The notes: generated from the sequence alone by a model not told the origin. Shown: positions 1-9,322, counted from the stretch's first letter. The stretch: DNA of 64,000 nucleotides from an uncultured Pelagibacteraceae bacterium (GCA_902580275.1 CACHJZ010000005.1:36065-100064); one strand, 5' to 3'. Program-made: numbers and translations.

Positions 1-1
1 T

Positions 2-178
2 GAAAAAGAAATTATTGAACTAAAAAAAAGCTCGCCAGAAAAGATAAACAAAATTGCAACTGAAACATCAGCACAATTAATTAAGCAATTGATTGGTGAA
101 GAGATAAATAATAGTAGTATTTCTGCAATTGTTGAGGATCTTTCTAAAAAAAATAAAGGTAAATATTATGGCAATTGA
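2..178 (+). CDS. ATP synthase F0 subunit b' (C-terminal fragment; 5' end lies outside the window)
   Basis: The frame is open from the window edge to TGA at 176-178. The tail ...IIELKKSSPEKINKIATETSAQLIKQLIGEEINNSSISAIVEDLSKKNKGKYYGN is charged and helical like stator b subunits. It overlaps the start of the next b-subunit gene, which is the b'-b arrangement of alphaproteobacterial F0 operons. Confidence 0.5.
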   Translation, partial: EKEIIELKKSSPEKINKIATETSAQLIKQLIGEEINNSSISAIVEDLSKKNKGKYYGN

Positions 179-665
179 TGCAACATTTTGGGTAGCGGTA
201 TCTTTTTTTATTTTTGTAGCTGTTCTTGTTTATTTTAAAATTCCTCAAAAGGTAAATGAAACCTTAAATAAACTTATTTCAGATATTAGAAATGAAATTG
301 ATGAAAGTGAGAAATTACGAGAAGAGTCAAAAATTATGTTAGATAATGCCCAAGCTAAATTGGATAGCGCTAAATCAGAAGTAAAAGAAATCTCAGATAG
401 AGCCAAACAGGATAGTGAAAAACTTATTATAGAGATGAATGATAAATTTCATAAAATGTCAGATATAAAAAAAAATTTAGCAAAATCTAAAATTTCGCAA
501 ATGAAAGAGGCAGCGCTTAATGATATTAAAAAAGCATCAATCAGTATTGCTGTTGACTCAGTAAAAAAAGCAATTTCGACATCAGTAGATAAATCTAAAC
601 TAGATAATTTATTTTCAAAAGATTTAGAGCAAACAAAAAGTCTACTTAAAAAGATTAATTCTTAA
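168..665 (+). CDS. atpF: ATP synthase F0 subunit b
   Basis: The ORF-track frame 129..665 begins at TTG; I prefer the ATG at 168 (MAIDATFWVAVSFFIFVAVLVYFKIP...). It has one N-terminal TM helix followed by a long charged coiled-coil region, typical of subunit b. Confidence 0.8.
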   Translation: MAIDATFWVAVSFFIFVAVLVYFKIPQKVNETLNKLISDIRNEIDESEKLREESKIMLDNAQAKLDSAKSEVKEISDRAKQDSEKLIIEMNDKFHKMSDIKKNLAKSKISQMKEAALNDIKKASISIAVDSVKKAISTSVDKSKLDNLFSKDLEQTKSLLKKINS

Positions 666-666
666 T

Positions 667-692
667 GTAACTATAAATTAGTTACTTTTTTT
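667..692 (+). terminator. Rho-independent terminator after the atp genes
   Basis: Perfect 7-bp stem GTAACTA (667-673) / TAGTTAC (679-685), loop TAAAT, then a T7 run (686-692), two nt after the atpF stop. Confidence 0.65.
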
Positions 693-716
693 CAAAATAA
701 TATAGATTAAATATTT

Positions 717-2180
717 ATGGATTCTATTGTAATTGGTTCTGGTTTTGGTGGTATAGCAGCTGCACTGCGGCTAAGGGCGAAAGGTCATAACGTTACATTG
801 ATAGAAAAACATAAAGATCTTGGTGGCAGAGCAAGAGTGTTTAAAAAAAATGGTTTCACATTTGATGGTGGACCAACTGTTATCACTGCTCCCTACCTTA
901 TCAATGAACTATTTGAATTGTTTAAAAAAAAACCAGAAAATTATATAAAACTGCAACCTCTCCAGACATGGTATCAATTTATTTTTGAGGATAAGACAAA
1001 ATTCAATTATTCAGGAAATGAAAATGATATGAAAAAGCAAATTGAAAATATCAGCAAAGAAGATGTCGAGGGTTATTCGAACTTAGTAAGTTTCACAAAA
1101 AAAATTTTTGATAAAGGTTTTACCGAACTAGCTGATGTGCCATTTAATAAACCATTTGTAATGATTCAACAGTTACCAGCTTTATTAAAGTTAAAAAGCT
1201 ATAAATCGGTTTATTCCTTAGTTTCATCTTATGTTAAAAATGAGAAGCTCAGAAGAATGTTGAGTATGCACCCATTATTAGTAGGTGGAAACCCTTTTAC
1301 TACGACATCAATATATGGATTAATTTTATATTTAGAAAAGAAATGGGGAATTCATTATTCTATGGGTGGAACCGGGAATATTATAAGTGGACTCGAAAAA
1401 TTGATGAATGAAGTAGGAATTCAAATAATTAAAGGTCACGAAGTAAATAAAATAACTTTAAAAGAAAAAAAAATAACAGGAGTCCAATTGGACGATAAAC
1501 AAAACATAAATGCTGACAACGTAGTATGCAATGCAGATCCACCTGCGGTATATGAAAATTTATTAAATGGTAGTAAAAGAAGTTCTTTACTATTTGAATG
1601 GAAAAAAAATAGAATGGAATATTCAATGGGATTATTTGTTTATTATTTCGGCACTAAAAAAATTTATGATTCAATAGAACATCACACAATAAAATTTGGC
1701 AATAAATATAAAGAACATTTAGACGACATATTTGATAATAAAAAATTAAATAACGATATAAGTTATTATCTACATAGGCCCTCTGCCACGGATAAGTATA
1801 TGGCTCCAGAGGGTCATGATTGTTTTTATGTTTTAGTACCAGTTCCTAACAATCAATCTAATATTGATTGGAAAATTGAAGGTGAAAAAATGAAAGATCT
1901 AGTAATAGATAAGATGGAAGGCGATTTAATGCCAGATTTGAGAAAAAACATTGTTGAAGATTTTTATCTAACGCCTGATTATTTCGAAAAAGATCTTAAT
2001 ACAAAATATGGTTCTGGTTTCTCAATACAGCCAAAATTTTCTCAGTCAGCTTATTTTAGATTTCACAATAAATCAGAAATTTATGACGGGTTATACTTTG
2101 TAGGAGCTGGAACACATCCTGGTGCAGGTGTTCCTGGTGTCCTATCATCTGCAAAAGTTCTTGATAAAATTTTACGATGA
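717..2180 (+). CDS. crtI: Phytoene desaturase (lycopene-forming)
   Basis: 487 aa with an N-terminal FAD dinucleotide fold IVIGSGFGGIAAALRLRAKGHNVTLIEKHKDLGGRA and a C-terminal YFVGAGTHPGAGVPGV motif. It is the first gene of the crt cluster. Confidence 0.9.
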   Translation: MDSIVIGSGFGGIAAALRLRAKGHNVTLIEKHKDLGGRARVFKKNGFTFDGGPTVITAPYLINELFELFKKKPENYIKLQPLQTWYQFIFEDKTKFNYSGNENDMKKQIENISKEDVEGYSNLVSFTKKIFDKGFTELADVPFNKPFVMIQQLPALLKLKSYKSVYSLVSSYVKNEKLRRMLSMHPLLVGGNPFTTTSIYGLILYLEKKWGIHYSMGGTGNIISGLEKLMNEVGIQIIKGHEVNKITLKEKKITGVQLDDKQNINADNVVCNADPPAVYENLLNGSKRSSLLFEWKKNRMEYSMGLFVYYFGTKKIYDSIEHHTIKFGNKYKEHLDDIFDNKKLNNDISYYLHRPSATDKYMAPEGHDCFYVLVPVPNNQSNIDWKIEGEKMKDLVIDKMEGDLMPDLRKNIVEDFYLTPDYFEKDLNTKYGSGFSIQPKFSQSAYFRFHNKSEIYDGLYFVGAGTHPGAGVPGVLSSAKVLDKILR

Positions 2181-3025
2181 CCAAAAGTCTTTTATCCACT
2201 CATGCAAAATCTTTTAGTTGGGCAGGCTTTTTTTTACCAAAGAATAAATATAAAGATAGTTCTGATTTATATGATTTTTGTAGAACATTAGATGATATTG
2301 TTGATCAAGATCTTTTACTTAGCGAAAAAATTAAAAAATTTAATTCATTTAAAAAAGACTTTGAGAATAAAAACTTTGAGAATAAAAATATCAAAAAAAT
2401 ATATTTACTCATTCAAAAATTTAGCATTCATAGCAGTATCGTAAAAGATTTATTCGATGGAGTTGAAACAGATTTAAAAGAAAAGGTAACCTTTGATACA
2501 AAAAAAGAGTTAATAATATATTCCTATCGTGTTGCTGGTACCGTTGGACTAATGATGGCGAAGATTTTGAATGTTAGATCTAAAAGTTCATTAATGTCTG
2601 CAATTGATTTAGGGATAGCAATGCAATTAACAAATATAGCGAGAGATGTATTAGAAGATAAAAATAGAAATAGGAAGTATATAAATTCAAATTTTGAGAC
2701 AATAGAGAATACAATAAAATTTGCTGACATTTTTTATAAAAGATCTTTTAGTGCCATAAGTGAAATACCGTTTTTAAGTAGATTTGCGATTTTAGTTGCA
2801 AGAAGAGTCTATAGAGAGATCGGGAACGAGATTTTAAAAAAGAAAAATATGGAAAATTACAAATCTGCAGGAAAAATTTATGTTTCGTCCTTAGGAAAGT
2901 TTAACCAAACAATTTTAAGTATTTTAGATATGTTTAACTTATATTATTCAAAAAAAGATAATGAAATTGAGAGAAAAGAACATGCTTTAATTAAAGAGGA
3001 AATAAATTTAGATGAAAGAATTTGA
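2177..3025 (+). CDS. crtB: Phytoene synthase
   Basis: 282 aa with squalene/phytoene synthase motifs (FCRTLDDIVD aspartate-rich region, YSYRVAGTVGLMMAKIL, NIARDVLED). Its start shares an ATGA overlap with the crtI stop. Confidence 0.85.
   Translation: MTKSLLSTHAKSFSWAGFFLPKNKYKDSSDLYDFCRTLDDIVDQDLLLSEKIKKFNSFKKDFENKNFENKNIKKIYLLIQKFSIHSSIVKDLFDGVETDLKEKVTFDTKKELIIYSYRVAGTVGLMMAKILNVRSKSSLMSAIDLGIAMQLTNIARDVLEDKNRNRKYINSNFETIENTIKFADIFYKRSFSAISEIPFLSRFAILVARRVYREIGNEILKKKNMENYKSAGKIYVSSLGKFNQTILSILDMFNLYYSKKDNEIERKEHALIKEEINLDERI
2359..2388 (+). repeat. Perfect 15-nt tandem duplication inside crtB
   Basis: CTTTGAGAATAAAAA occurs twice back to back (2359-2373 and 2374-2388), in frame, encoding FENKN-FENKN. 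Confidence 0.85.
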
Positions 3026-4076
3026 TTATATTATTATTGGCGGTGGATGTGCGGGCTTATCTTTGGCATATGAGCTTGATATAAACAAAAAGTTAGATAA
3101 GAAAACTCTAGCAATTATTGAAATTAGAGAGAAATATAAAAGAGATAAAACTTGGTCTTTTTGGAAAGTGGTTGACCATAATTTTGAGGATTGTGTTATA
3201 AAAAGCTGGAATAATTTTACAATTAACTCTCTTCACGGTTCTCATGAAATGGTAAATAAACAATATCCATACCAAACTATTGATAGTGGTTTATTTTACA
3301 AAAAAGTAATAGATAGCTTGAAAAAGAATCAAAACATTCAATTTCTAAAAGATATAAATAGCTTAAATACTAAAAATTCTTTTATATTTAATAGTATTTC
3401 AACTAATCAAATTCATGACTCTAATTTCTGGCAACATTTTAAAGGTATAGAGATTGAAACTCAAAAAAATATTTTTGATGATGAAATCTTCAATTTAATG
3501 GACTTCAATTGTGATCAAAGAAATAATGTGCATTTTTTTTATACTTTGCCTTTTGCAAAAAATAAGGCTTTAGTTGAAACTACATGGTTGTCGAAAATGA
3601 ATGATAAAACTCTATACGATTATGATGTGCAGTTGGAAAATTATATTAAAGAAACGCTTAAAATAAAAAATTACAAAATTAAATATGAAGAAGAGGGTGC
3701 AATACCCCTTTTTTATCCAATTAATAAAGTAGAACAAAATAAACTTAATATTGGCTCTGCTGGATGCATGACACGTCTAAGTACTGGTTATACCTTTTTA
3801 AATATTCAAGAGCATAGTAAATATATAACCAAAAATATTGAAATGATTAAAAAAGCGAAAATTTATCATATTGGAAAAAAATATGAGTTTCTTGATAAGA
3901 TATTCTTGAATGTATTAAAGAGACATCCTGATAAAATGCCAAAAATATTTTTTGATATGTTTAATGGATCATCCGAGGCTGTGATTAAATTTCTTTCTAA
4001 TAAAAGTAATTTTTTTGAAGATTTAAAAGTAATTTTCAAAATGCCAAAAATGCTATTTATTAAAAATATATTTTAA
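3012..4076 (+). CDS. crtY: Lycopene beta-cyclase
   Basis: 354 aa with the N-terminal FAD/NAD fold DYIIIGGGCAGLSLAYEL. It sits between crtB and blh and overlaps crtB by 14 nt. Confidence 0.8.
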   Translation: MKEFDYIIIGGGCAGLSLAYELDINKKLDKKTLAIIEIREKYKRDKTWSFWKVVDHNFEDCVIKSWNNFTINSLHGSHEMVNKQYPYQTIDSGLFYKKVIDSLKKNQNIQFLKDINSLNTKNSFIFNSISTNQIHDSNFWQHFKGIEIETQKNIFDDEIFNLMDFNCDQRNNVHFFYTLPFAKNKALVETTWLSKMNDKTLYDYDVQLENYIKETLKIKNYKIKYEEEGAIPLFYPINKVEQNKLNIGSAGCMTRLSTGYTFLNIQEHSKYITKNIEMIKKAKIYHIGKKYEFLDKIFLNVLKRHPDKMPKIFFDMFNGSSEAVIKFLSNKSNFFEDLKVIFKMPKMLFIKNIF

Positions 4077-4080
4077 TAAT

Positions 4081-4977
4081 ATGAATAGAATTAATTATTT
4101 ACATTCTTTAATTTTTTTTAATATTTGTATTCTATTGTCAGCATTTGATTTTTTACATAATAATGATTTTTTAATTATATCCTTATTTTTAATACTAAGT
4201 TTAGGAATATCCCACGGAGCGTTAGATCATTTAAAAGGAATGAGATTATTGAAGATTTTAAAGCATGAAACAATTTATGTTTTTTATTTTTTTTATATTT
4301 TATTAGCCTTTATTGTAATTTTTGCTTGGATGATTTTGCCTAAATTTTTATTATTACTTTTTTTAATCGTTGCGTCTTATCATTTTGGCAAAGAAGACTC
4401 AGAATTTATAAAATTAAATTCAAAAAATGATATAATTTATTTTTTTAAAGGAAGTTTAGTCATAGCCGCTCCATTATTGTTCCATAAAAGTGAAACTCTA
4501 AAAATTTTTATGGATTTAAATTTTAATGTATCTCAAAGTTTTTTTGTATCTAATGAATTTATTTATTTTTTAATTGTTTTAAGTTTTATATCAAATATAA
4601 TTATCTCACTAAATAAGGATATTAATATTAAGGCTCTTCTTTTGATGGATTTTATATCTGTCTTATTAATAAATTTTTTTCTACAACCAATTTTAGCATT
4701 TACAATTTACTTTTGTTTTTTACACTCAATTAGACATTCATTTAAATTATCGAATGAACTTAACACTAATAATTTTGTTAAAGGTGTTAAAAAATTTATA
4801 ATTAAAGCAGTTCCATTAACTATTTTAACTGCTATTTTATTTGTGGTATCACTATTTTTGTTGAATAATTATTATATTTTAGATGCAGCGGTATCAAAAG
4901 TTATATTTATTGGTTTGGCGTCTTTAACCTTTCCGCATATATTGCTCGAATATTTAGTCGAAAAAAATGAAAAATAA
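4081..4977 (+). CDS. blh: Brp/Blh-family beta-carotene 15,15'-dioxygenase (retinal-forming)
   Basis: 298-aa polytopic membrane protein with four spaced His motifs (GISHGALDH, ASYHFGKED, FLHSIRH, TFPHILLEY) as in the Brp/Blh family. It lies immediately downstream of crtY. Confidence 0.75.
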   Translation: MNRINYLHSLIFFNICILLSAFDFLHNNDFLIISLFLILSLGISHGALDHLKGMRLLKILKHETIYVFYFFYILLAFIVIFAWMILPKFLLLLFLIVASYHFGKEDSEFIKLNSKNDIIYFFKGSLVIAAPLLFHKSETLKIFMDLNFNVSQSFFVSNEFIYFLIVLSFISNIIISLNKDINIKALLLMDFISVLLINFFLQPILAFTIYFCFLHSIRHSFKLSNELNTNNFVKGVKKFIIKAVPLTILTAILFVVSLFLLNNYYILDAAVSKVIFIGLASLTFPHILLEYLVEKNEK

Positions 4978-5140
4978 AAACATAAACTTATTAGGATGGA
5001 TATTGTTTATAATATCAGCGATTGGCTTTACTATATCGAGTATTGGTAGTTTCTGGGCAATGTTTGGTAGTCTTTTTTTTTTAGTAGCATGCCTTATATT
5101 TCTTATTCCATTTTTTAGAAAAGAAAGCGATGAAGACTAA
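4967..5140 (+). CDS. Small hydrophobic protein (57 aa, two predicted TM helices); not in the ORF track because it is under 60 aa
   Basis: My own translation is MKNKNINLLGWILFIISAIGFTISSIGSFWAMFGSLFFLVACLIFLIPFFRKESDED. The ATG at 4967 overlaps the blh stop by 11 nt, and the TAA at 5138-5140 overlaps the ispH start by 11 nt. The ORF exactly fills an otherwise anomalous 152-nt gap. Confidence 0.45.
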   Translation: MKNKNINLLGWILFIISAIGFTISSIGSFWAMFGSLFFLVACLIFLIPFFRKESDED

Positions 5141-6074
5141 CGATTTAAAAATATACCTGGCATCACCAAGGGGTTTCTGCGCAGGTGTTGATAGAGCAAT
5201 TGAAATTGTAAAAAAAAGTATTTCAAAATATGGTGCTCCAGTATATGTGAGACACGAAATTGTTCATAACAAACATGTTGTTGAAAGCTTAAAAAAAATT
5301 GGAGCCATATTTGTTGAGGAATTGGATGAAATCAAAGATAAATCTAGACCAGTAATATTTTCTGCTCACGGTGTACCAAAAAAAATACCTAATGAAGCAA
5401 AAGAACTAAATATGGAATATGTTGATGCAACATGTCCACTCGTTACTAAAGTACATAGAGAAGCAGAGAATTTATATAAAAATGGATCACATGTTCTTTT
5501 GATTGGCCATAAAAATCATCCTGAAGTAATAGGAACTATGGGTCAAATTCCATCTGATGGCATAGATCTAATTCAAAGTTTAGATGATGTGGATAAGTAT
5601 ACTAAAAAGAATGATAAAAAATTAGCGTTTATTACTCAGACAACCCTGTCCGTTGACGATACAAAAGATATAGTTGATGGATTAAAGAAGAAATTTCCAG
5701 AGATAAGAGAACCAAAAAAAGAGGATATCTGTTATGCGACTACTAATAGACAAGCTGCAGTTAAAAAAATCGCCAACAAATGTGATATGTTTTTTGTTAT
5801 TGGAAGTAGAAATTCATCGAATTCTTTAAGACTGGTAGAAGTTGCAAAAAATTCAGGTTGTGAAAATTCTATCCTCCTACATTCAGAAAGCGATGTACCA
5901 TTTGATAAAATTGATAAGTGCAAGAGCATAGGTATCTCTTCAGGTGCATCTGCGCCAGAAGTATTAGTGGAACAGTTTTTAGATCAAATTAAAAAAAAAT
6001 ATAATATTTCTGTCGAAGAGGTTGAAATTGTAAAAGAAGACGTAACTTTCAAAATTCCTGGAAAATTAAATTAA
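5130..6074 (+). CDS. ispH: 4-hydroxy-3-methylbut-2-enyl diphosphate reductase
   Basis: 314 aa with LASPRGFCAGVDRAIEIV, ATCPLVTKVH and ICYATTNRQ, which carry the three Cys ligands of the LytB/IspH 4Fe-4S cluster. Confidence 0.92.
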   Translation: MKTNDLKIYLASPRGFCAGVDRAIEIVKKSISKYGAPVYVRHEIVHNKHVVESLKKIGAIFVEELDEIKDKSRPVIFSAHGVPKKIPNEAKELNMEYVDATCPLVTKVHREAENLYKNGSHVLLIGHKNHPEVIGTMGQIPSDGIDLIQSLDDVDKYTKKNDKKLAFITQTTLSVDDTKDIVDGLKKKFPEIREPKKEDICYATTNRQAAVKKIANKCDMFFVIGSRNSSNSLRLVEVAKNSGCENSILLHSESDVPFDKIDKCKSIGISSGASAPEVLVEQFLDQIKKKYNISVEEVEIVKEDVTFKIPGKLN

Positions 6075-7042
6075 TGGCAGTTTTTACAAAAATAAATTCT
6101 AAGGATATAAAAAAAATAGAAAATATTTTTAATCTTGGCTCAATTAATCAGGTAAAAGGCATTAAAAAAGGAATAGAAAATACTAACTATATAGTCAAAT
6201 TTAATAGCACAAAGTTTGTTTTAACAATTTTTGAAAAACGGGTAAAAACTAAAGATCTGCCATTTTTTATGAAACTTATGTCGGGGCTTTCAAACTTAAA
6301 AATCAATTGCCCAAGACCCGTTAAAACAAAAAAAAATAGTTATCTTTTTAATATAAAGAAAAAAAAAGCTTGTCTTGTAAGTTTTTTGCAGGGTAATGAT
6401 AAAAAAAATTTAACACCAAAAGATTGTTATATTTTAGGAAAAAATATAGCGATCTTACATAGAGCCTCAAAAAAATTAAACTTGTATAGAAAAAATTCAT
6501 TAGATGTAAAATCATGGTCTAAGTTAAATAAAAAGATTGATAAAAGAATTAACAAGCTATCAAAAAACTTCAAAAATATAATAGAGGAAAATATTTCTAA
6601 TATTGAAAAAAATTGGCCAAAAAACTTGCCTAAAGGCGTTATACACGCTGATCTTTTCATAGATAATATATTCTTTTTTAGAAAAAAATTTTATGGTTTT
6701 ATAGATTTTTACTTTTCTTCAACAGATTTTTATGCATATGAACTAGCTACTTGTATTAATGCTATATGTTTTAAAAAAAAGAGGAGCCAATATATTCTTG
6801 ACCTTAATAAATCTTCTAATCTTTTAAAAGGATATCAAAAAATAAGAAAATTAAATTCATCTGAAAAGAATAATTTTAATATTCTTTGTAAAGGTTCAGC
6901 ACTTAGGTATTTGTTAACAAGATCATATGATTTTCTTAACACACCAAAAACAGCATTAATAAAAGTAAAAGACCCAAAAGAATATTTAAAAAAACTTATT
7001 TTTCATAATAATTTATGCAATTTTAAAAATTATATAAAATGA
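6074..7042 (+). CDS. thrB: Homoserine kinase, type II (APH-fold ThrB)
   Basis: 322 aa with N-terminus MAVFTKI...GIENTNYIV and the kinase core VIHADLFIDNIFF...GFIDFYF. The ispH-thrB-rnhA order is conserved in alphaproteobacteria. Confidence 0.75.
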   Translation: MAVFTKINSKDIKKIENIFNLGSINQVKGIKKGIENTNYIVKFNSTKFVLTIFEKRVKTKDLPFFMKLMSGLSNLKINCPRPVKTKKNSYLFNIKKKKACLVSFLQGNDKKNLTPKDCYILGKNIAILHRASKKLNLYRKNSLDVKSWSKLNKKIDKRINKLSKNFKNIIEENISNIEKNWPKNLPKGVIHADLFIDNIFFFRKKFYGFIDFYFSSTDFYAYELATCINAICFKKKRSQYILDLNKSSNLLKGYQKIRKLNSSEKNNFNILCKGSALRYLLTRSYDFLNTPKTALIKVKDPKEYLKKLIFHNNLCNFKNYIK

Positions 7043-7464
7043 TAAAGATTTATACAGATGGTTCGTGTTTAGAAAATCCAGGCAACGGGGGTTGGGCTGC
7101 TATAATTATTATCAATAAAGAAAAAAAAATTATTTCTGGAAACCAGAAAAATACTACCAATAACAGGATGGAACTATTAGCACCAATTGAAGCTTTAAAA
7201 ACTCTTGAAATTAATTCAGAGATAGAAATCATTACGGATTCAAAATACGTTAAATTGGGAATTACAGAATGGATAAATAATTGGAAAAAAAATGGTTGGA
7301 AAACTGCAAACAAGAAAGAAGTCAAAAATATAGAACTATGGAAAGAATTAGATAGTTTAGTTGAAAATTTTAACATTAAATGGTCCTGGGTTAAGGGTCA
7401 CTCAACAGATCAATTAAATAATGAAGTCGATTTAATTGCTAAAAAAGCAGCAAACCTAAATTAA
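7039..7464 (+). CDS. rnhA: Ribonuclease HI
   Basis: 141 aa with IYTDGSCLENPGNGGWAAII, NNRMELLAPIEAL and WVKGHS...NNEVDLIAKKAA. Confidence 0.9.
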   Translation: MIKIYTDGSCLENPGNGGWAAIIIINKEKKIISGNQKNTTNNRMELLAPIEALKTLEINSEIEIITDSKYVKLGITEWINNWKKNGWKTANKKEVKNIELWKELDSLVENFNIKWSWVKGHSTDQLNNEVDLIAKKAANLN

Positions 7465-7941
7465 ATTTAGAAAATTTTCTGCTGCCGAGATTTCACACAT
7501 TCCTGTTTCTTTTTCTTCTTGGATTTGTAAAATTTTATTATCTTCAATCAACATGGTATATCTATTTGATCGAATTCCAAGACCTCTGCCAGATTTATCA
7601 ACCTCAGCTCCTATAGATTTTGTAAAAGTTAAGAAAGGATCTCCCAACATTAAAATATTTTCATGAACATTTTGTTTTTTTCCCCACGCATTCATTACAA
7701 AAGGATCATTTACAGCAATACAAGCTATTAATTCGATCCCTTTAGATTTAAATCGATCAATATTATTTAAATATCCAGGAAGATGCTTTGAAGAGCAAAC
7801 AGATGTAAAAGCACCAGGCATGCCAAGTAATATAGATTTTTTTTCTTGAAACATCTTTTTAACTCTAATTTTCACTGGCTCATTGTTTATAAGTTGAAAA
7901 ACTTCAACATCAGGAATGATGTCTTTAATTTTTAACTTCAT
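7456..7941 (-). CDS. Peroxiredoxin (Prx5-like, AhpC/TSA family)
   Basis: 161 aa with the peroxidatic Cys context GMPGAFTSVCSSKHLPGY. Its 3' end overlaps rnhA by 9 nt. Confidence 0.85.
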   Translation of the reverse strand: MKLKIKDIIPDVEVFQLINNEPVKIRVKKMFQEKKSILLGMPGAFTSVCSSKHLPGYLNNIDRFKSKGIELIACIAVNDPFVMNAWGKKQNVHENILMLGDPFLTFTKSIGAEVDKSGRGLGIRSNRYTMLIEDNKILQIQEEKETGMCEISAAENFLNLI

Positions 7942-9311
7942 GCGGAATTTTTTTTTATATAGGATTTCAAACTCTGTATATTGTTTTTAAATACTACATA
8001 TTGTTCTTTTTGATTTAATATGCTCTTAAGATGACTTGGTAATTCCTCTTTTTTACCAATTGCTTTGAGAATAGCGTCAGGAAATTTACTTGGGTGAGCA
8101 GTTGCTAAAACAACATAATTTTTCCCGTTATGCTTTTTAACTGCCCCAGCTCCTATAGCAGTATGAGGATCAATTATAATACCACTATTTTTATATATAC
8201 TCTTAATTGTATCTAAGATTTCTTTTTCATTAAGACTTTCAGAAATAAAATCGTTTTGTATTTTTTTTAATGAACTTTGATCTAAGTTGAATTTATTGCT
8301 TTTAATATTATTCATTATTTCAACAATTTTGTTTGAATCCTCATTATAAATATCAAATAATAATCTCTCAAAATTACTTGCAACCTGAATATCCATACTT
8401 GGAGAAATTGTCTCTTGAACCTTATTTGCTTTATAATCACCTTTTGATATTGCTCTGTGAAGGATATCATTTTCATTTGTTGCTACTAACAACTTATCTA
8501 TTGGAAGGCCCATTTTCTTAGCCAGATATCCGGCGTAAACATCTCCAAAATTTCCAGTAGGAACAGAAAATGAAATTTTTTCTTGTACATCTAATTTAAA
8601 ATAGCAAAAAAAATAATAAACTGTTTGTGCAACTATTCTGGCCCAATTAATTGAATTTACACCTGACATGTTTATAGATTTAGAAAACTCATTGTCAGAA
8701 AACATTTCTTTAACAAGTTTTTGACAGTCGTCAAAGTTTCCCTCAACAGCGATATTAAATACGTTTTTTGATGGACTTGTAGTCATTAACATTCTCTGGA
8801 CTGGTGATATACGATTATTTGGATGTAAAACAAAAATATTTATGTTTTTTTTTCCTTTGACTGCATCTATCGCAGCTGCTCCTGTATCACCTGAAGTTGC
8901 AACAATGATATTTATTTTTTTAGTATTCTTACTTAAGTAATATTCATAAAAATTTCCAATAAGTTGCATTGCAACATCTTTGAAAGCTAGCGTAGGACCG
9001 TGAAAAAGCTCTAGTACATGTAAATCCTCTACTTTTTTAACTTTAACTACATTGTGCTCGTTAAATGTAGAATACGATTTTTTAACAATTTGGTGCAGTT
9101 TTTCATTAGAGCAAAAATCACCAGTGAATCTAGAAATGATTTCTGTAGCCAAATCAACATATGATAAATTTCTAAGTTTTAAAAATTCTTTATCAGATAA
9201 TTTTTTAATTTGTTTTGGCAGAAATAAACCGCCGTCATCAGAGAGTCCTTTAATAAATATATGCTCAAATTTCTCGCTAATCTTATCATTTCTAGTACTT
9301 AAATATTCCAT
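7938..9311 (-). CDS. thrC: Threonine synthase
   Basis: 457 aa with the PLP-lysine region HGPTLAFKDVAMQ and SGDTGAAAIDA, typical of long-form ThrC. Confidence 0.9.
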   Translation of the reverse strand: MEYLSTRNDKISEKFEHIFIKGLSDDGGLFLPKQIKKLSDKEFLKLRNLSYVDLATEIISRFTGDFCSNEKLHQIVKKSYSTFNEHNVVKVKKVEDLHVLELFHGPTLAFKDVAMQLIGNFYEYYLSKNTKKINIIVATSGDTGAAAIDAVKGKKNINIFVLHPNNRISPVQRMLMTTSPSKNVFNIAVEGNFDDCQKLVKEMFSDNEFSKSINMSGVNSINWARIVAQTVYYFFCYFKLDVQEKISFSVPTGNFGDVYAGYLAKKMGLPIDKLLVATNENDILHRAISKGDYKANKVQETISPSMDIQVASNFERLLFDIYNEDSNKIVEIMNNIKSNKFNLDQSSLKKIQNDFISESLNEKEILDTIKSIYKNSGIIIDPHTAIGAGAVKKHNGKNYVVLATAHPSKFPDAILKAIGKKEELPSHLKSILNQKEQYVVFKNNIQSLKSYIKKNSA

Positions 9312-9322
9312 GATTTTTTTAT

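Noticed and set aside
129-167. N-terminal extensions in ORF-track models: 129 for atpF, 34193 for groES, 37490 for the DUF6134-like gene, 45154 for the sHSP, 48898 for DUF1330 and 56607 for the SLT lipoprotein.
   Set aside because: Five of the six extensions (all but groES) start at non-ATG codons, and all six run through promoter, leader or upstream-gene sequence. In each case an internal ATG gives a canonical N-terminus, signal peptide or Shine-Dalgarno spacing.
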